DNA of 63,527 nt, filler included, from Octopus bimaculoides (Eukaryota): NCBI RefSeq assembly GCF_001194135.2. It is 5 parts of 5 records of this genome, joined end to end, with 100 filler letters (N's around TTAATTAATTAA, not from the genome) between each part and the next. Parts side by side here need not be neighbours in the genome. Positions count along the whole stretch, not along the records: positions 1 to 18,380 come from NC_068999.1; positions 18,481 to 39,612 come from NC_068983.1; 3 more parts are not named here. One strand, written 5' to 3'. The notes beneath the pieces were generated by a model. It saw only the letters and a program-made list of their open reading frames with translations, was not told where the DNA came from and searched no databases. Of the stretch, positions 13,116 through 26,085 are shown one piece after another. Every line of letters starts with the position of its first letter. Position 1 is the first letter of the stretch. The translations under genes were made by a program, and so were the position numbers.

Positions 13116-13557
13116 TTCACTCACATACTGGCAATCACAAATGGATTTGTTGAATGCTTGTGTTTATATAAACGAAGAAAATGACCAAATAAGGGAAAAT
13201 AAAATTTGTATATTTCATGAGATGAAGTCTCACTTTGAGTTTCACATTACCGATTATTTAAACGACTGAAGATGAGAAGCAGCTAATTAAAGAGGATTAT
13301 CTTCCACACAAAGGATTTGCTTGCGTGTTTTATACATGAAACTGAAGATATGAAAATATGTCAAGTATTTTTTCATGCTAGAAAGCGAATCTAACGTATG
13401 TGTTGCATAAAACCATCGTATAGATGAGTGTTTGACGTGTTTTTTAACCAGTCAATCAAATATCGATGACGGATCATATTTCGATCAAAGTGACACGGAA
13501 ACGTGCATGTGTGTACGCACGTACACACAAACACACGCACATAACAGGTACATACAT

Positions 13558-13613
<56 letters not shown>

Positions 13614-13699
13614 NNNNNNNNNNNNNNNNNNNNNNNNNNNNNNNNNNNNNNNNNNNNNNNNNNNNNNNNNNNNNNNNNNNNNNNNNNNNNNNNNNNNNN

Positions 13700-13736
<37 letters not shown>

Positions 13737-13740
13737 TGAA

Positions 13741-14035
13741 GGCGCATGGCTCAGTGGTTAGAGCATCGAGATTACCATCGTGAGGTTGTGAGTTCGAATC
13801 CCGGACCGGGCTGCGTGTTGTGTTCTTGAGCAAGGCACTCTATTTCACGTTGCTCCAGTTTACTCTGCTGTAGAAATGAGATGTGACGTCACTGGTGCCA
13901 AGCTGTATCGGCCTTTGCCGTTCCCTTGGATGACATCAGTGGTGTGGAGAGGGGGGCTGGTATGCGTGGGCGACTGTTGGCCTTCCATAAACAACCTTGC
14001 CCGGACTTGTGCCTCGGACCGAAGGGGGTCTCCTT
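13741..14035 (+). mobile_element. tRNA-derived CORE-like SINE family C, full length
   Basis: A box TGGCTCAGTGGTTAG, B box GAGTTCGAATCCC, then GTGTTCTTGAGCAAGGCACT...CTGCTGTAGAAATGAG (MIR/CORE-like). No tRNA 3' acceptor stem. Confidence 0.85.
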
Positions 14036-14159
14036 ATACTTATGTGTATATGTCTATGTTATATGTATATATATTTATATGTATATGGATATATGTATAT
14101 ATGTATGTATGTGTGTAAACAAAAGATGGAGGTGGAAATAGCAAAAAAGTAAATTTTTT

Positions 14160-14250
14160 TTAAAGCACAAGGCCCGAAATTTTTGGAGAGAGGGCAAGTC
14201 GATTAGATGGATCGCAGTACGGAATTGGTACTTAATTTATCGACCCTCAT
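14160..14250 (-). mobile_element. SINE family B 3' fragment
   Basis: Reverse complement reads GAGGGTCGATAAATTAAGTACCAATTCC...AAATTTCGGGCCTTGTGC. Confidence 0.75.
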
Positions 14251-14269
14251 GATGTTCTGTTGACAGCAA

Positions 14270-14565
14270 AGTATCAACTACAGCCACTGGGTTCGCAAAA
14301 GGCCAGGACGCTTGCACCAGTCCACAATTCCATCCTGGCATCCAACTAGTTGACAGAAACGGGCATTAAAACTGTCCCCGCTTTCTCTAGAGTGCAGACC
14401 GTGCTCTCTGACGTTTCGTTGTTCCTCAGGCTGAACGATCATGCGAAGAAGGCCGTGACAAGGGTCCTGAACACCTTTTCCCTAGAAGACTTCCTTGGGG
14501 AAATCACGATGTGGCTGGAACACTACAACAAGTGCATGGTAGTCAGAGGATCTTACTTCTAAGGC
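14270..14565 (+). pseudogene. mariner transposase C-terminal remnant
   Basis: LTETGIKTVP....SDVSLFLRL...KKAVTRVLNTFSLEDFLGEITMWLEHYNKCMVVRGSYF* resembles the mariner end W..RY.KCI...G.YFE. Confidence 0.8.
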
Positions 14566-14834
14566 AATTAGAATTTTGTTCTTTGGAATGAATAAATATT
14601 TCCCCTAGAAAAATTAAAAAAACTTCTGGAATACATCTTGTATATTTGTATATGTGAATATATGTGTGTGTGTATACATACATACATACATACATATATA
14701 TATATATATGTATGTATGGATATATNNNNNNNNNNNNNNNNNNNNNNNNNNNNNNNNNNNNNNNNNNNNNNNNNNNNNNNNNNNNNNNNNNNNNNNNNNN
14801 NNNNNNNNNNNNNNNNNNNNNNNNNTATATATAT

Positions 14835-14866
<32 letters not shown>

Positions 14867-15402
14867 CAGTATGTTTATATACGCACATATGAGCTTTCCA
14901 AATTGCTTACCAGAATATCAGAAATGCTTTAGTATATAATAACACTGGTCTATTGAGATATTCTTATGTTTTAGGTATGCACTATGTATATACACTAGAA
15001 AGAAAGAATGAAAGAACGAAAGAAAGGACGAGCGAAGGAAAGCGGAGAAAGCGATGAAGAAAAAAATCCAAATATCAACTAGGTTGACACAAATGACACT
15101 AAGACATAAAACTAATCAACTAAACTCTGCCGTATGTGCATTATACATTATGGTCTTCCTTCCTCTTTCTACTGGAAAGATTGTCGTACAATATCTTTGT
15201 ATTTTCCTCAAGAGGCCATTGTCGTCGGCTTTTATCCATTTTTGTTTCTTGCTCGTTGTTGTACAGTGGTATTTGAAAGAGAACGGCTGGTCGTAGGCAA
15301 GGAGATGGGAAAGAAAGGCCAAGTATGGAAGAAGAGTGTGTGTATGTGATAGAGATGGATATATATAGAAAAAGAAATTTAAGTAAAATGAGAGTGGGAA
15401 AA

Positions 15403-15433
<31 letters not shown>

Positions 15434-15838
15434 AGGAGAAAGATAAGTGTGTGATATAAGAGAGGGAAATTAGATTGAAACAATAGAGAGAGGGGAGATA
15501 GATGAAAGGACAAAGAGGGAGAGATGGAAAGACCAATAAGAGTTTGCATATGAAAAGACAAGTAGAGAGTGGTGAGAGACATAGAGTGTGAATGTGTGTG
15601 TGTGTGTGTGTGTGTGTTTGTGATGGATAGTGAGAGAGTGGGACGGCAAAAGAGGGACAGTGAGAGAAAGAGAAACAGATAGAAGGAGCAAGAAAGAGGT
15701 AGACAACGAAAAGGAAACAGTGAGAGAAAGATGAGTGAGAGAAAAGAAAAAGAAACAGGGATGGGGGAACACAGTGGCGGCAAGAGCGAGCGATAAAAGA
15801 GAAAGGAGGAAAGAGAGATCATGTTAAATAAAAGGACG

Positions 15839-15922
<84 letters not shown>

Positions 15923-16538
15923 GTTTGGAAGATAACTAACGACCAAAAGAAGAGATTTGCAGTGAGGGAACGTCAGCCGTATCGAATCAAGTGATTGAAA
16001 TAATACGAAGACAAAAAATTGAAGGAAAGAGGACTAAATAGATGGAAAATGGGGGCGGAACGAATAAAAAAAGAAAAGACGAAAGAAATGAATGAAAAAA
16101 GAAAAAGTAAATTGGGAGGTATATTCATCTTGTTGTTCTTTTTCTTTTCTTCACTTAACCGCAGATGTCTAGAGATTGCAGACGATAGAACTGAATGAAT
16201 GCTGTTCCTTCAAACTAGCAGCCTCGTTTTGGTGCGTATGCGTATATATATATACACACCACTTGATACAAATATGCAGAGTAATGCATACGCAGTTATA
16301 AAAATATACATTTTTATCCTGTCCATTGTAGATTTATAATAGTATGGGGCGATAAGGGACTTCAATTGGCTTAGTTATCTCACGGCTGAAAAACCAGAAC
16401 TGATGGGAGGCCTTATCGTACGAAAGTATTAACTGTCTAAAATGGACAATTTCGTATCCCTACTATTATCTCTCTACCTCTCCCGCTCTCATAAACACAT
16501 ACACACGCACAGACACATACACGCATGTACAATACAAC

Positions 16539-16608
<70 letters not shown>

Positions 16609-16859
16609 GATCCCTTTTGATCGTTCTTTTCTTTTTTTCCCCGATCCTTTTTGATCGGAATTTTACTTTTTTTTTCTCATTTATATATATATATATTTCT
16701 CGTGCTCCAGCATGACCACAGCCACTTGGCTGAAACCCATAAATAAATAAATAAATAAATAAATANNNNNNNNNNNNNNNNNNNNNNNNNNNNNNNNNNN
16801 NNNNNNNNNNNNNNNNNNNNNNNNNNNNNNNNNNATATATATATATATATATATATATA

Positions 16860-17566
16860 CTGCTGGACAACCCGTGATGGTTTGTTTTCCGTCCTCCCTC
16901 CCCCGCCCTATTTAGCGGCTCGAAAAATAAAAAGAACCCAATACAATAATAAGAACCAGACTTAAATATAAAAAGAAAAATAAGTTCTGGGGTCACTTTT
17001 TTTCAACAAAACCCCTTCAAGACGGAGCCCCAGTATGGCTGCAGTCCCATGACTGAAACATATAGAAGATAATAGATAAAAACGTCCAACAATTGATATA
17101 CTATCTCGGCTTTACGTGTGTAACAGTCACCAATAAAACCTAATTTTCGTTGACGCAACATGGCTGTTATTGGAAACAGAGTGCCATAAAGGGCGTCATT
17201 GTTTTATATTTGTTCAATATTAAACTGGATACTGAGCGCAGTAATCATATACAGGTATCGTCCAAGAGATTCTGCAGTGGTTTTTGCAGTGTGCAAATTT
17301 CAGCGTTGTACGCTAGTAGACAATGTGGAGTGTCAGTCGGTAGAAATCTATCTAGAGTTCCCGATGCAGATATGATTGCAATATCGTTTTCTTTGATAGA
17401 AACTGATAAATATGAGATGTAAGAAATATTGATATAGTTTCCAACCACATGCTTCCAGGTTCGGTCCCACTGCGTAGTACCTTGGACAAGTGTCTTCAAC
17501 TATAGCCTCGAGCTGACAAAAGCGTTGTGAGTGGATTTTATAAACGGAAATTGAAAGAAGCCCGTC

Positions 17567-17570
<4 letters not shown>
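16860..17570. mobile_element. SINE A fragments (+ tail about 16860-17080; - head about 17440-17570)
   Basis: CCCCAGTATGGCTGCAGTCCCATGACTGAAAC, and CCAACCACATGCTTCCAGGTTCGGTCCCACTGCGTAGTACCTTGGACAAGTGTCTTC. The second block matches the + strand text of family A, so its orientation call is uncertain. Confidence 0.6.
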
Positions 17571-17625
<55 letters not shown>

Positions 17626-18380
17626 TATAAATGGATTTATATGTGTGTGTGTGTGTGTATGTGTGTGTGTATGTACGTATGTGTGCATGTACGTGTATGT
17701 GTATGTGTGTGTGTCCTCATAGAAATTTCGAGCCATGATATTCTCATCTTCGCATCTTTAAATATGATTTATTAACGTTTCATTAATAACAGATAACTAT
17801 CTGATACGATGAAAAGATTGCTTTACGAAGAAACAAAGCAGAAAGAACAAAAAAAATCACAAAAATTTTAATTAAAATCATATACGTATAACTTTGATAC
17901 AGAGAGCTATTAAAAATAGAAGCGTTTCAGACGAGGTATCACTACGCCTTTCTATTATAAACAACGGATCTTTTTAGAAGAAACAGCAACTATGTTCAAA
18001 GACCGAACGCAATAAAAATTGCGTTCATATCTGTGAAAGAATCTGTACAAGAAGAACATCTTTATAAAGCATTATGTTTGGAATGTGATGTATTTTATAT
18101 GGGCAAAACGTATAACTCTCGTTTCTAATTTATCGTTCCTTTGTTTTGTTTTGCTTGTTTCAGTCATTGGAGTGCGACCATGTTGGGTCACCCCTTGAAG
18201 GTTTTTATCAAGCAAATTTTACCTCAGTGCTTACGAATTTTTATAAGTCTGGTACTTACTCTATCGGTTTTTGCCGAACGTCTAAGCTCTGAGGTCGTAA
18301 GCAAACTACCACCGCTAGGAACAGACACATATACAAGCATACACACATGCACACATATATGTATATATATATATATATAT

Positions 18381-18480
18381 NNNNNNNNNNNNNNNNNNNN
18401 NNNNNNNNNNNNNNNNNNNNNNNNTTAATTAATTAANNNNNNNNNNNNNNNNNNNNNNNNNNNNNNNNNNNNNNNNNNNN
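18381..18480. other. artificial 100-bp scaffold linker N44-TTAATTAATTAA-N44
   Basis: Same layout at four places. TTAATTAATTAA places a stop codon in all six frames. Confidence 0.95.
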
Positions 18481-18778
18481 GTCAAGTAAATGAGACACAT
18501 CTTTGCCTCCACTGATTCACTTGCAAAGTGTTGAGTAAAATTATTTCGTTGCAGACCTCCTTTGGGTCTTTTTATTATCACTACGACACACATAGTCCCC
18601 AGTTGGTAACATTGATTTCAAGGCCCTCCTAGATGAGAGACTGGCATTCCACTTAATGTCTATGTTCCATGCTGGCATGGATTGGAGAGTTATTAATGTA
18701 GAAATATGGTATCGTAGCTACTAACAGTTGAGGGTTGCGTAGTCTAGACGGCGTTTTTAGATTTCATTATTCTCTTTA

Positions 18779-18808
18779 ACCCGGGCAAAGCCGGGTATTT
18801 CTGCTAGT
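18779..18808 (+). mobile_element. Helitron-type 3' terminus (hairpin + CTAG|T)
   Basis: ACCCGG-GCAAAG-CCGGGT, 7 nt, CTAG, T. Same pattern as 35576-35604. Confidence 0.7.
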
Positions 18809-19269
18809 AGCTTATATTCTTTTCTCAAATTTGTCAGTATTTTTCTGATCGTAGAATAATGATTTCTAATGGAGGATTCTCTGCTGGTTTCTATGATGTG
18901 TACTACTTCGTCGTTCGAGGAAATAAATTCCTACTTGTAAATTAAAGTGAAAGTAGTTAATGCAATTGAGTCAAGAGGGAGATGACACGAACTCAATGCT
19001 AAATTGTTCCTTAATTTATTGACCACGAAAAGAAGGATGAACGTTAAAATTGATCCCGATGTGATTTGAAAGAGAGCAGAGTGCTGGAACGAATATTGCT
19101 AGGCATTCTGTCCGACGCTCTAACGACTCCGCCAACTTGGACAAGATCAGGACAATCATATGGAAAAATGTTTTCCCATAACAGTTACATGGAAATATAA
19201 CAGCAGCACTGTGTCTACTTGAAAAAGGTACAATAATGAAAGGAGACATTCTGATAAGCACAGCATTTA

Positions 19270-20140
19270 AGCCATAAGCAATGAGTTATTTATTAATAGA
19301 CATACATCGTTGAAATTGCACATACTGACACAGTAACTCAATCTTAACTCGGTTTCCATTGCATTTGTGCCATCAATGAGTTTAGTTCTCAAATCTTTCA
19401 AAAGTCAAGAAGTGCTCTGTTGTAACCATTTCTTCGCAGCCATTTTCATCTCCTTGGTGCCATGAAATAGTTGTCACCGAATTCGCCTTTTGCCTGATTT
19501 GTTGCTAAAAATATGTGTGGTCACATATTGTCATGGTGAATGAGAATCGTTTTCAAATTTTCATTCAGTCTCTTTCTTCAAATGGCACCGATCACCAGTT
19601 TCTAAACATCTTAGGACTTGGAGAAGAGGTGTTATGTCATTCCCTGAACTGAACCTTCGTTTCTAGTCCACAAAGATCTACTCACATTTCATCATATGTA
19701 ACCTGATCGAAATAAAATTTGCTTGCATTAGCTTCAGATCAAAGCAGCCTTCTACATCTCTCTTTTAAATCGTTGTGTTAACTTTCGAAGTAGCCACTTT
19801 GCATCTACTTCCCGATACCTAAAGTTTTCCACCATCTTCAGTAACGCCTTGCGACCACTGTCTAGTAATTCAGTAAGCTCACAGATTGTGACTCGGCACT
19901 CCGCACAAATTATTTCGTCTACTAACAGGCTATTCATGTCAAAAGTCTCATTTGATGGCGTCCCATTGTATAATTTGTCTTCACGCTGGTTTTCCTTCCC
20001 TTAAATTCCTTCATCTATCAATGCACATCCCTCTTGTAAATGGTATCATCTCCGTAACAATCCGTAATCTTCTGTTTATGTCAAACATTGTACACGCCAT
20101 CTTTGTCAAGCATTAAAATATGACAGGATACTTCTGCATA
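19270..20140 (-). pseudogene. decayed mariner transposase
   Basis: LVDEIICAECRVTICELTELLDSG...ENFRYREVDAKWLLRKLT resembles the mariner HTH and WVP motifs. Many stops and frameshifts. Confidence 0.75.
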
Positions 20141-20290
20141 TAATCCATTGTTTCTACAATAAAAGAGAAGAGGAAGACGTGTTATTATAAAAGAGAAGTT
20201 ATTCTACAATGATGAACAATTTGACCGAACTATGTGAGGTTCTAAAAAAGTTATATCCACATTTGCATTACTTTCCGTTCAAGTCTCTTC

Positions 20291-20324
<34 letters not shown>

Positions 20325-20347
20325 TGTATACACACATACATGCATGC

Positions 20348-20399
<52 letters not shown>

Positions 20400-20420
20400 A
20401 TGTATATTTATGTATAGATA

Positions 20421-21684
20421 CAGGGGTCTTGTACAAAATAATGGAAACACCTTAAAATTTCACGCAAATTTATTTTAATAGGGATAGGACCGACTTTGGC
20501 AATAATTACAGCTTGAATTCAACGAGGTATGGACTCGTACAGTTTGAATTGTTTTCAAACGAATTTTTGTCCATTCTTCAGTTAAAACAGTCTCCAGTTC
20601 TTGTAGTGATGATGGTGGAAGATATCGACTACTTACTTGTTTTTCTAAAATGCACCATAAATGTTCAATAATATTGAGATCTGGGGACTGTGGTGGCCAG
20701 ATAAGATGTTCACCTTCATTAGTATGTTCCTTGTGCCATTCAGTAACAACTTTAGCTGTGGTGCATTATCACCCTGAAAGATCGTGTTTCCCTCCGGAAA
20801 CAGTTCTGCAACCATAAGATGAATTTGATCAGATAAAATGCTTAAATAGTCTTGACTATTAATACTGCCATGAAGGGAAACCACTGGGCTGGCGGATTTC
20901 CAAGATATAGCGCCCCCCCCCTCGCAGATCACCACAAATCCTCCTGCATGTTTAACAGTTGGAAGAAAGCAGTCTGGGTCAAATGCTTCTTTTGACTGTC
21001 TCCACACTTATATTCAGCCGGTGGTCGAAAATATGGTAAAGGATGACTTGTCCGAGAAAATAACATTCTTCCACTGCTTTAGGGACCAATTCTGTAGGTT
21101 TTTACACCACTCTAAACGCTTTGCAACGCTTGTTTTTGAAAGTAGTTGTTTTCTAATTGCAGCCCTCCTATGAAATCTGGCTTTGTGCAGCTCCTTGCGA
21201 ACAGTTTTGGGGAAACTGGGTTCTTGTGGTGGTCATTAAGCTCTGCAATAATTTTTGGAGCTGTACTTTTGTGATCCTTTCTAACAATTTGCGTAAGAGT
21301 CTGACGGTCCTTATCAGAAAGTTTCTATTTCCTTCCGGGATTTTGTTTCGAGGAGGAGGTTTTTCCCTCTTTCTCAAAGGTTGTCATTACTTTCGAGACG
21401 GTACTTCTTGATACACCAAACATTTCGGCTGTTTTCGTTACGCTAGCCCCTGTCATACGAGCACCAACAATTTGACTTCTTTGAAAGTCCGATAGAGCTG
21501 TCATTTTAATGAATTTTTATTACCTTTCTCTGATGATATCTGAAAAGAAACAGCAATTGTAGCAAAACATATTAAGCAACACTAATAATAAATCGAAAAA
21601 AAAATAATAAACAAGCTTTTGGCGGTTTTATAGATATTTCCAAATTATGATGCTAGGTGTTTCCATTATTTTGTCCAACCCCTG
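20421..21684 (-). mobile_element. near full-length Tc1-family DNA transposon (1264 bp)
   Basis: TIRs CAGGGGTCTTGTACAAAATAATGGAAACACCT (left) and CAGGGGTTGGACAAAATAATGGAAACACCT (right, reverse complement). Left flank TA, right flank TG. Confidence 0.95.
20475..21504 (-). pseudogene. Tc1 DDE transposase pseudogene
   Basis: MTALSDFQRSQIVGARMTGASVTKTAEMFGVSRSTVSKVM...GRK*; WKNVIFSDKSSF; FLPTVKHAGG; IFQGDNAP; WPPQSPDLNIIEHLW; IAKVGPIPY*. Several stops and a frameshift. Confidence 0.92.
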
Positions 21685-22086
21685 TGTGTATTTAGACATT
21701 AATATTCACATATCTTGTCCTATTGACTGAATATGTATTGTCTCTACTGACCCATGATAACGAAACTGGTAATATTGTATAGGTGAATGATTTATATGGA
21801 AAGCAGATATGTGACATGTTCTCCCTCAAGTAATTTACGTAACCATTCATCTACAAAATTGCATGTTTTGAAGCTTTACCATATATTTTAATTTTATGAA
21901 TCATGGATTTACGTTCTTATTTTCCAACACTACACATTTATTATCTGTTTAAATTCCAGATGGAATGCTATGCAGTTTAAGTGCTCCAGTGTTGATTTAT
22001 ATAAAAATGATTGTGTAACTTGGATACTGAGTCTGTAAAGATCGTTATCAATTGGTCATAGATACACTCGTTACATAATCTTAACA

Positions 22087-22122
<36 letters not shown>

Positions 22123-22429
22123 AAGTTATTATCCTATGCAATAATTTATTATTACTAATCTTAAAGGTAGTGGGCCAGCATTACCTTTAGAGTATCGGGA
22201 GGAGTCCTTTTCGGTATTTCTTTTTGACTTTTTACGTTCTGAGTTCAAATCCCGCAGAGGTCAGCTTTGCTTTTCTTCTACCGAGGATTGATAAATGAAG
22301 CACCTGGATGATAGATGTGTTGCCAGAAATAAACACCAGCTACTCGATTCTAAGTAAATTTGTGGAAGTTTAAGATTTTGGTCTATGTACTAGCAAATAT
22401 GTTGGCATTTGACGAGAACGTAGCTGGAA

Positions 22430-23250
22430 AGTCTATCCGAGATAACTTCCACTTCAGCGATACATCGTAGAGAAGATTGGTAGTAAATAGGGCTTCGGTT
22501 GGCTTCTAATCAACTTGGATCAATCAAAAGTTTTCGATAGTGTCGACCATCGTTATTTGACAAATGTTCTCAAAGCAAGTCATTGAATATACAGTTCGTC
22601 CCCTCGAGAGACAAGTTCATGACGTCGGTTACTGTCGTGGGGCGCTGCACGGATGGTCCTGTTAAATTATTTGGAGTTTGTTCTCGTTAAATTTTGAACT
22701 GGATAGGAACTGAGACGAAATAACTAGCAAGGTGGCCAGTCTCATTCAGAAATGGACTAAAAAGGAGCTATCTTTGAAAGATGAAGCGGAGGTGGAGAAT
22801 ACATGCAACGCTTCCACTGTATATTACCGCCTAACTGTTGGGTCTCTCTTTACTTTTCATTTGATCAGATTGGAGTGTTTGCTTCTTCGCTTCGTGAGAA
22901 AGGGACGTGCTGCAGTGGTCAGTATGTTCATAAGCTGTCAACATACTCTAGACGAAGGGTTCAGTTTTTCGTGGCTGCTGAAGCGCAGACCTGTGTTAAT
23001 GTAACAGTTGTACTGTATTCCGTTGACAGGTACGTTTTACGTCAGCGCGTATTGATGGCACTGCCGTCCTAAGTGAAACAGAGACTAAAACTGGGCCATC
23101 GCATCAGGAATTCTAACAGGAGCTCATCAGTCGGGTAGCGCGGTCGGTGGTACTTCCACTTTGGTGCTCTATAGAGGACTAATGGTAAACAATTGTGACA
23201 GCATTCTCAAGGAAGCTCTTGTGCCTCTGCCTGCGACTCAGTTACTGCTT
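22430..23250 (+). mobile_element. Tx1/L1-like LINE reverse transcriptase fragments
   Basis: LLINLDQSKVFDSVDHRYLTNVLKA (RT D..KAFD.V motif), then ASLIQKWTKKELSLKDEAEVENTCNASTVYYRLTV (W..R.LSL.G post-RT motif). Internally deleted. Confidence 0.75.
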
Positions 23251-26035
23251 TTCGCCACTCAAACTGCTCTATTATGGATGAAATTTGTTGCATATCTGAC
23301 TCTTTTCTGTCGTTATTTCCATTGAATGTTTTCGCATGAGTTTCATTCCCTGGTTCTACCAGTCCAGAATTTCACTTCAGAACACGGTTAATCAAATTTA
23401 GCGAATCACATATGAGCTTCCTCGCCGTCTCACCGCTACACTGCAAGACCTATGCATAAAGCCTTTTTTCAGAACAACCCATTTTAAGAATAATCAATCT
23501 CCCCATTGTTTTCTCGTAGAATATGGCTGTGATCTCTTTAAATTCAAGGTTATCAATTACTTTGCCAAATGTTGACACTTTCCTTTCTTTTAATAGCCTT
23601 TTAATGGCTCTTTTGTTACCATCTCATTTTATTTCATTTTAATACTTCCTTTATTGTCATCTCATTTACTGTATTTTATTACCCTTAGCTCTTTGTTACC
23701 ATTTCATTGCATCTCATTTAAAGCATTTATCCATTTTTTCACAGCCATTTTATATGCATGTATATTTAGAGTTTTGTATCATTAATGCCTCTCTTAACTT
23801 CTCACTATTCTATTGACTAGAATTGAAATATCGAACTTGTTTAGATGGCTTTGAGTAAATGCAAAAAAAAATAAATAAATAAAGCTATTGACCAAGATCA
23901 AGATCCACAAAACAACAATACTCTCATGTGTGGTACACAGCTATTGCGACACGCTTAAAAAATCTAATACTTCATTTCACAAAAACTAATCCAACTCAGT
24001 TACAAAGATTCACCTACCAATAAACTTCAGCCTCCGGTCACTATTTTTTTTACTTCGTCTGTTCTATTGTCAAAGCCACTTTCACCAAGGCACACCCGCA
24101 AAATCTATGAATACTGCTACTGCTGCTGCATTGATATTCAATTCACTACCATTCGTGCCATCATAGTTAACAAGGGCGTTGGAAAATTAGTAGAAACATC
24201 TCCCTTCTTATGTGTGTGTGTATGTGTGTGTGTGTGCGTGTATGAATTCACAACCACATTGTGTACTTGAGTTAATGATATCACTTCTTTGAATGTGTAG
24301 TTGATGGATATCTGAGAGATATAACGTGTAATGCTTTCTAGTGAATTTGTAGTGTTATGGTCTATAGAATCTAGTTCTGCATTTCGCTACTGATACCATA
24401 TTATCAATAAATCACTATAAACATTGTCGCCCACGTTGGTATTTCTTTATAGTCGGAGATGATTTGAGGTTTCAAAAATACTGAGTCATTCCCTAGAGAA
24501 TTTGGTAGGTGAAGAGAAAGTGTCATGTGTTCGATCAATGCAGCGCTTGGTTTCCATAAGTCCCTGCATCCACGCTTCAGATGGTTACAAATAATGTGAG
24601 GTGTGTCAGATTGCAGAGTGATGTCGATGCTGTAGACTATTGTTCTCTGACTTGAAGCTTTCTTTCAGTGCATGAGTAACAAGTTTATCAGTTAGACTGA
24701 GGTCAATAAGCAGAGATTTGAACTATGACAGCAATGTAAAGTATCTCATCCTAAGATCTAAGTACTCAACATATCTACTGCCTTATACCGACGCATTAGT
24801 TGTCGATTCCGAAAAAATGCATGGCAGTTTATACCCAAGGGGGATTTAAAGAGCACCCGAAGAAATAACTTACAGATCAGTGTAATTGTCACCAATTTGG
24901 TAGCAGAGGTTGCTGCAAGAGTATCCAGCTAAGTTGAACACGTGACTAAATTAGCGGTTCCGAGCCGGACATATTTTAAGGCTTAGACTTTATCTTTTGT
25001 CTCAGGTTAGTGAAGCCATTTATTTCTTGCTAGGAATTTGTAACTCTGGATGGGAGAAGGTGGATACTAGTTACTGTCAGCTGGTACTAATTGAGCCTGG
25101 AATACATATCAAGCAGATTTGTCAAGCCTTGAAATAGTGACTGAGGTTACTGTATACTACATGAAAACAAAATTAAGCAAACCTGAATTGCGTAAGAACA
25201 TTTAGACAATAGTAGAAGGTAGCGGCTGGTTACTGGTAAGTATAGCATCAATATTGTGTAGTTTATGAATTAATGTATTTAAAAATCCTTATACTATGTG
25301 TTTAAAAAGGAACCCGCAGTCTAGAAGTAGAATAGTATCAACAAGTTTCATCTTTCATTGGAGGCTCACAAGAAAACACTTACTCTGCTTTTTAAAGTGC
25401 TAGGCTGAAAAGAGCGAGGTGTAGAAAAGTAAAAAAAAAAATGTAGGCATAAGGATATCTAATGGTGATACTCACAGAAATGTATATAGAATTATGATAT
25501 GGGTTGTGTTACAGTTGGCATAATTAAGCACGAGTATTAGCTATGAGAACTTGAAATAATTATATGAAGAATAATTAATATTAGTCATTATCTCAAATAT
25601 TTTTGTGTCTTTCGGAAACTCTAGGAGATAGCTTCGGACATGTTTCGATCTCGTTAAACCTTTTCAAAGAATCTTATATTTCCCCATACTTGCCAAAATA
25701 GAGATAAGAAAATCGTTACTGTGAAACGATGCAAAATTGTTAGCGTAGATAAATAGAAATCTAGGTTGACGACAGGATATCATTAACTCAAGAAGTACAC
25801 AATGTGGTTGTGAATTCATACACGCACACACACACACATACACACACACATATATGTATATGTATGTATCTATCTACTTATACATATACATATATACACA
25901 TATCTATACACACACACACACACACACACANNNNNNNNNNNNNNNNNNNNNNNNNNNNNNNNNNNNNNNNNNNNNNNNNNNNNNNNNNNNNNNNNNNNNN
26001 NNNNNNNNNNNNNNNNNNNNNNNNNNNNNNNNNNN

Positions 26036-26085
<50 letters not shown>

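Noticed and set aside
13741-13815. tRNA-like sequence with A and B boxes
   Set aside because: There is no closing acceptor stem, it continues into a SINE body, and homologs occur at 12200 and 38663. It is a SINE head.
18425-18436. TTAATTAATTAA as a biological palindrome or PacI-type site
   Set aside because: It is always centred between exactly 44 Ns on each side, so it is a scaffolding spacer.
24500-25300. Possible CR1/L2 RT remnant (LQSDVDAV)
   Set aside because: Only one short motif, with the rest too decayed to support a feature.
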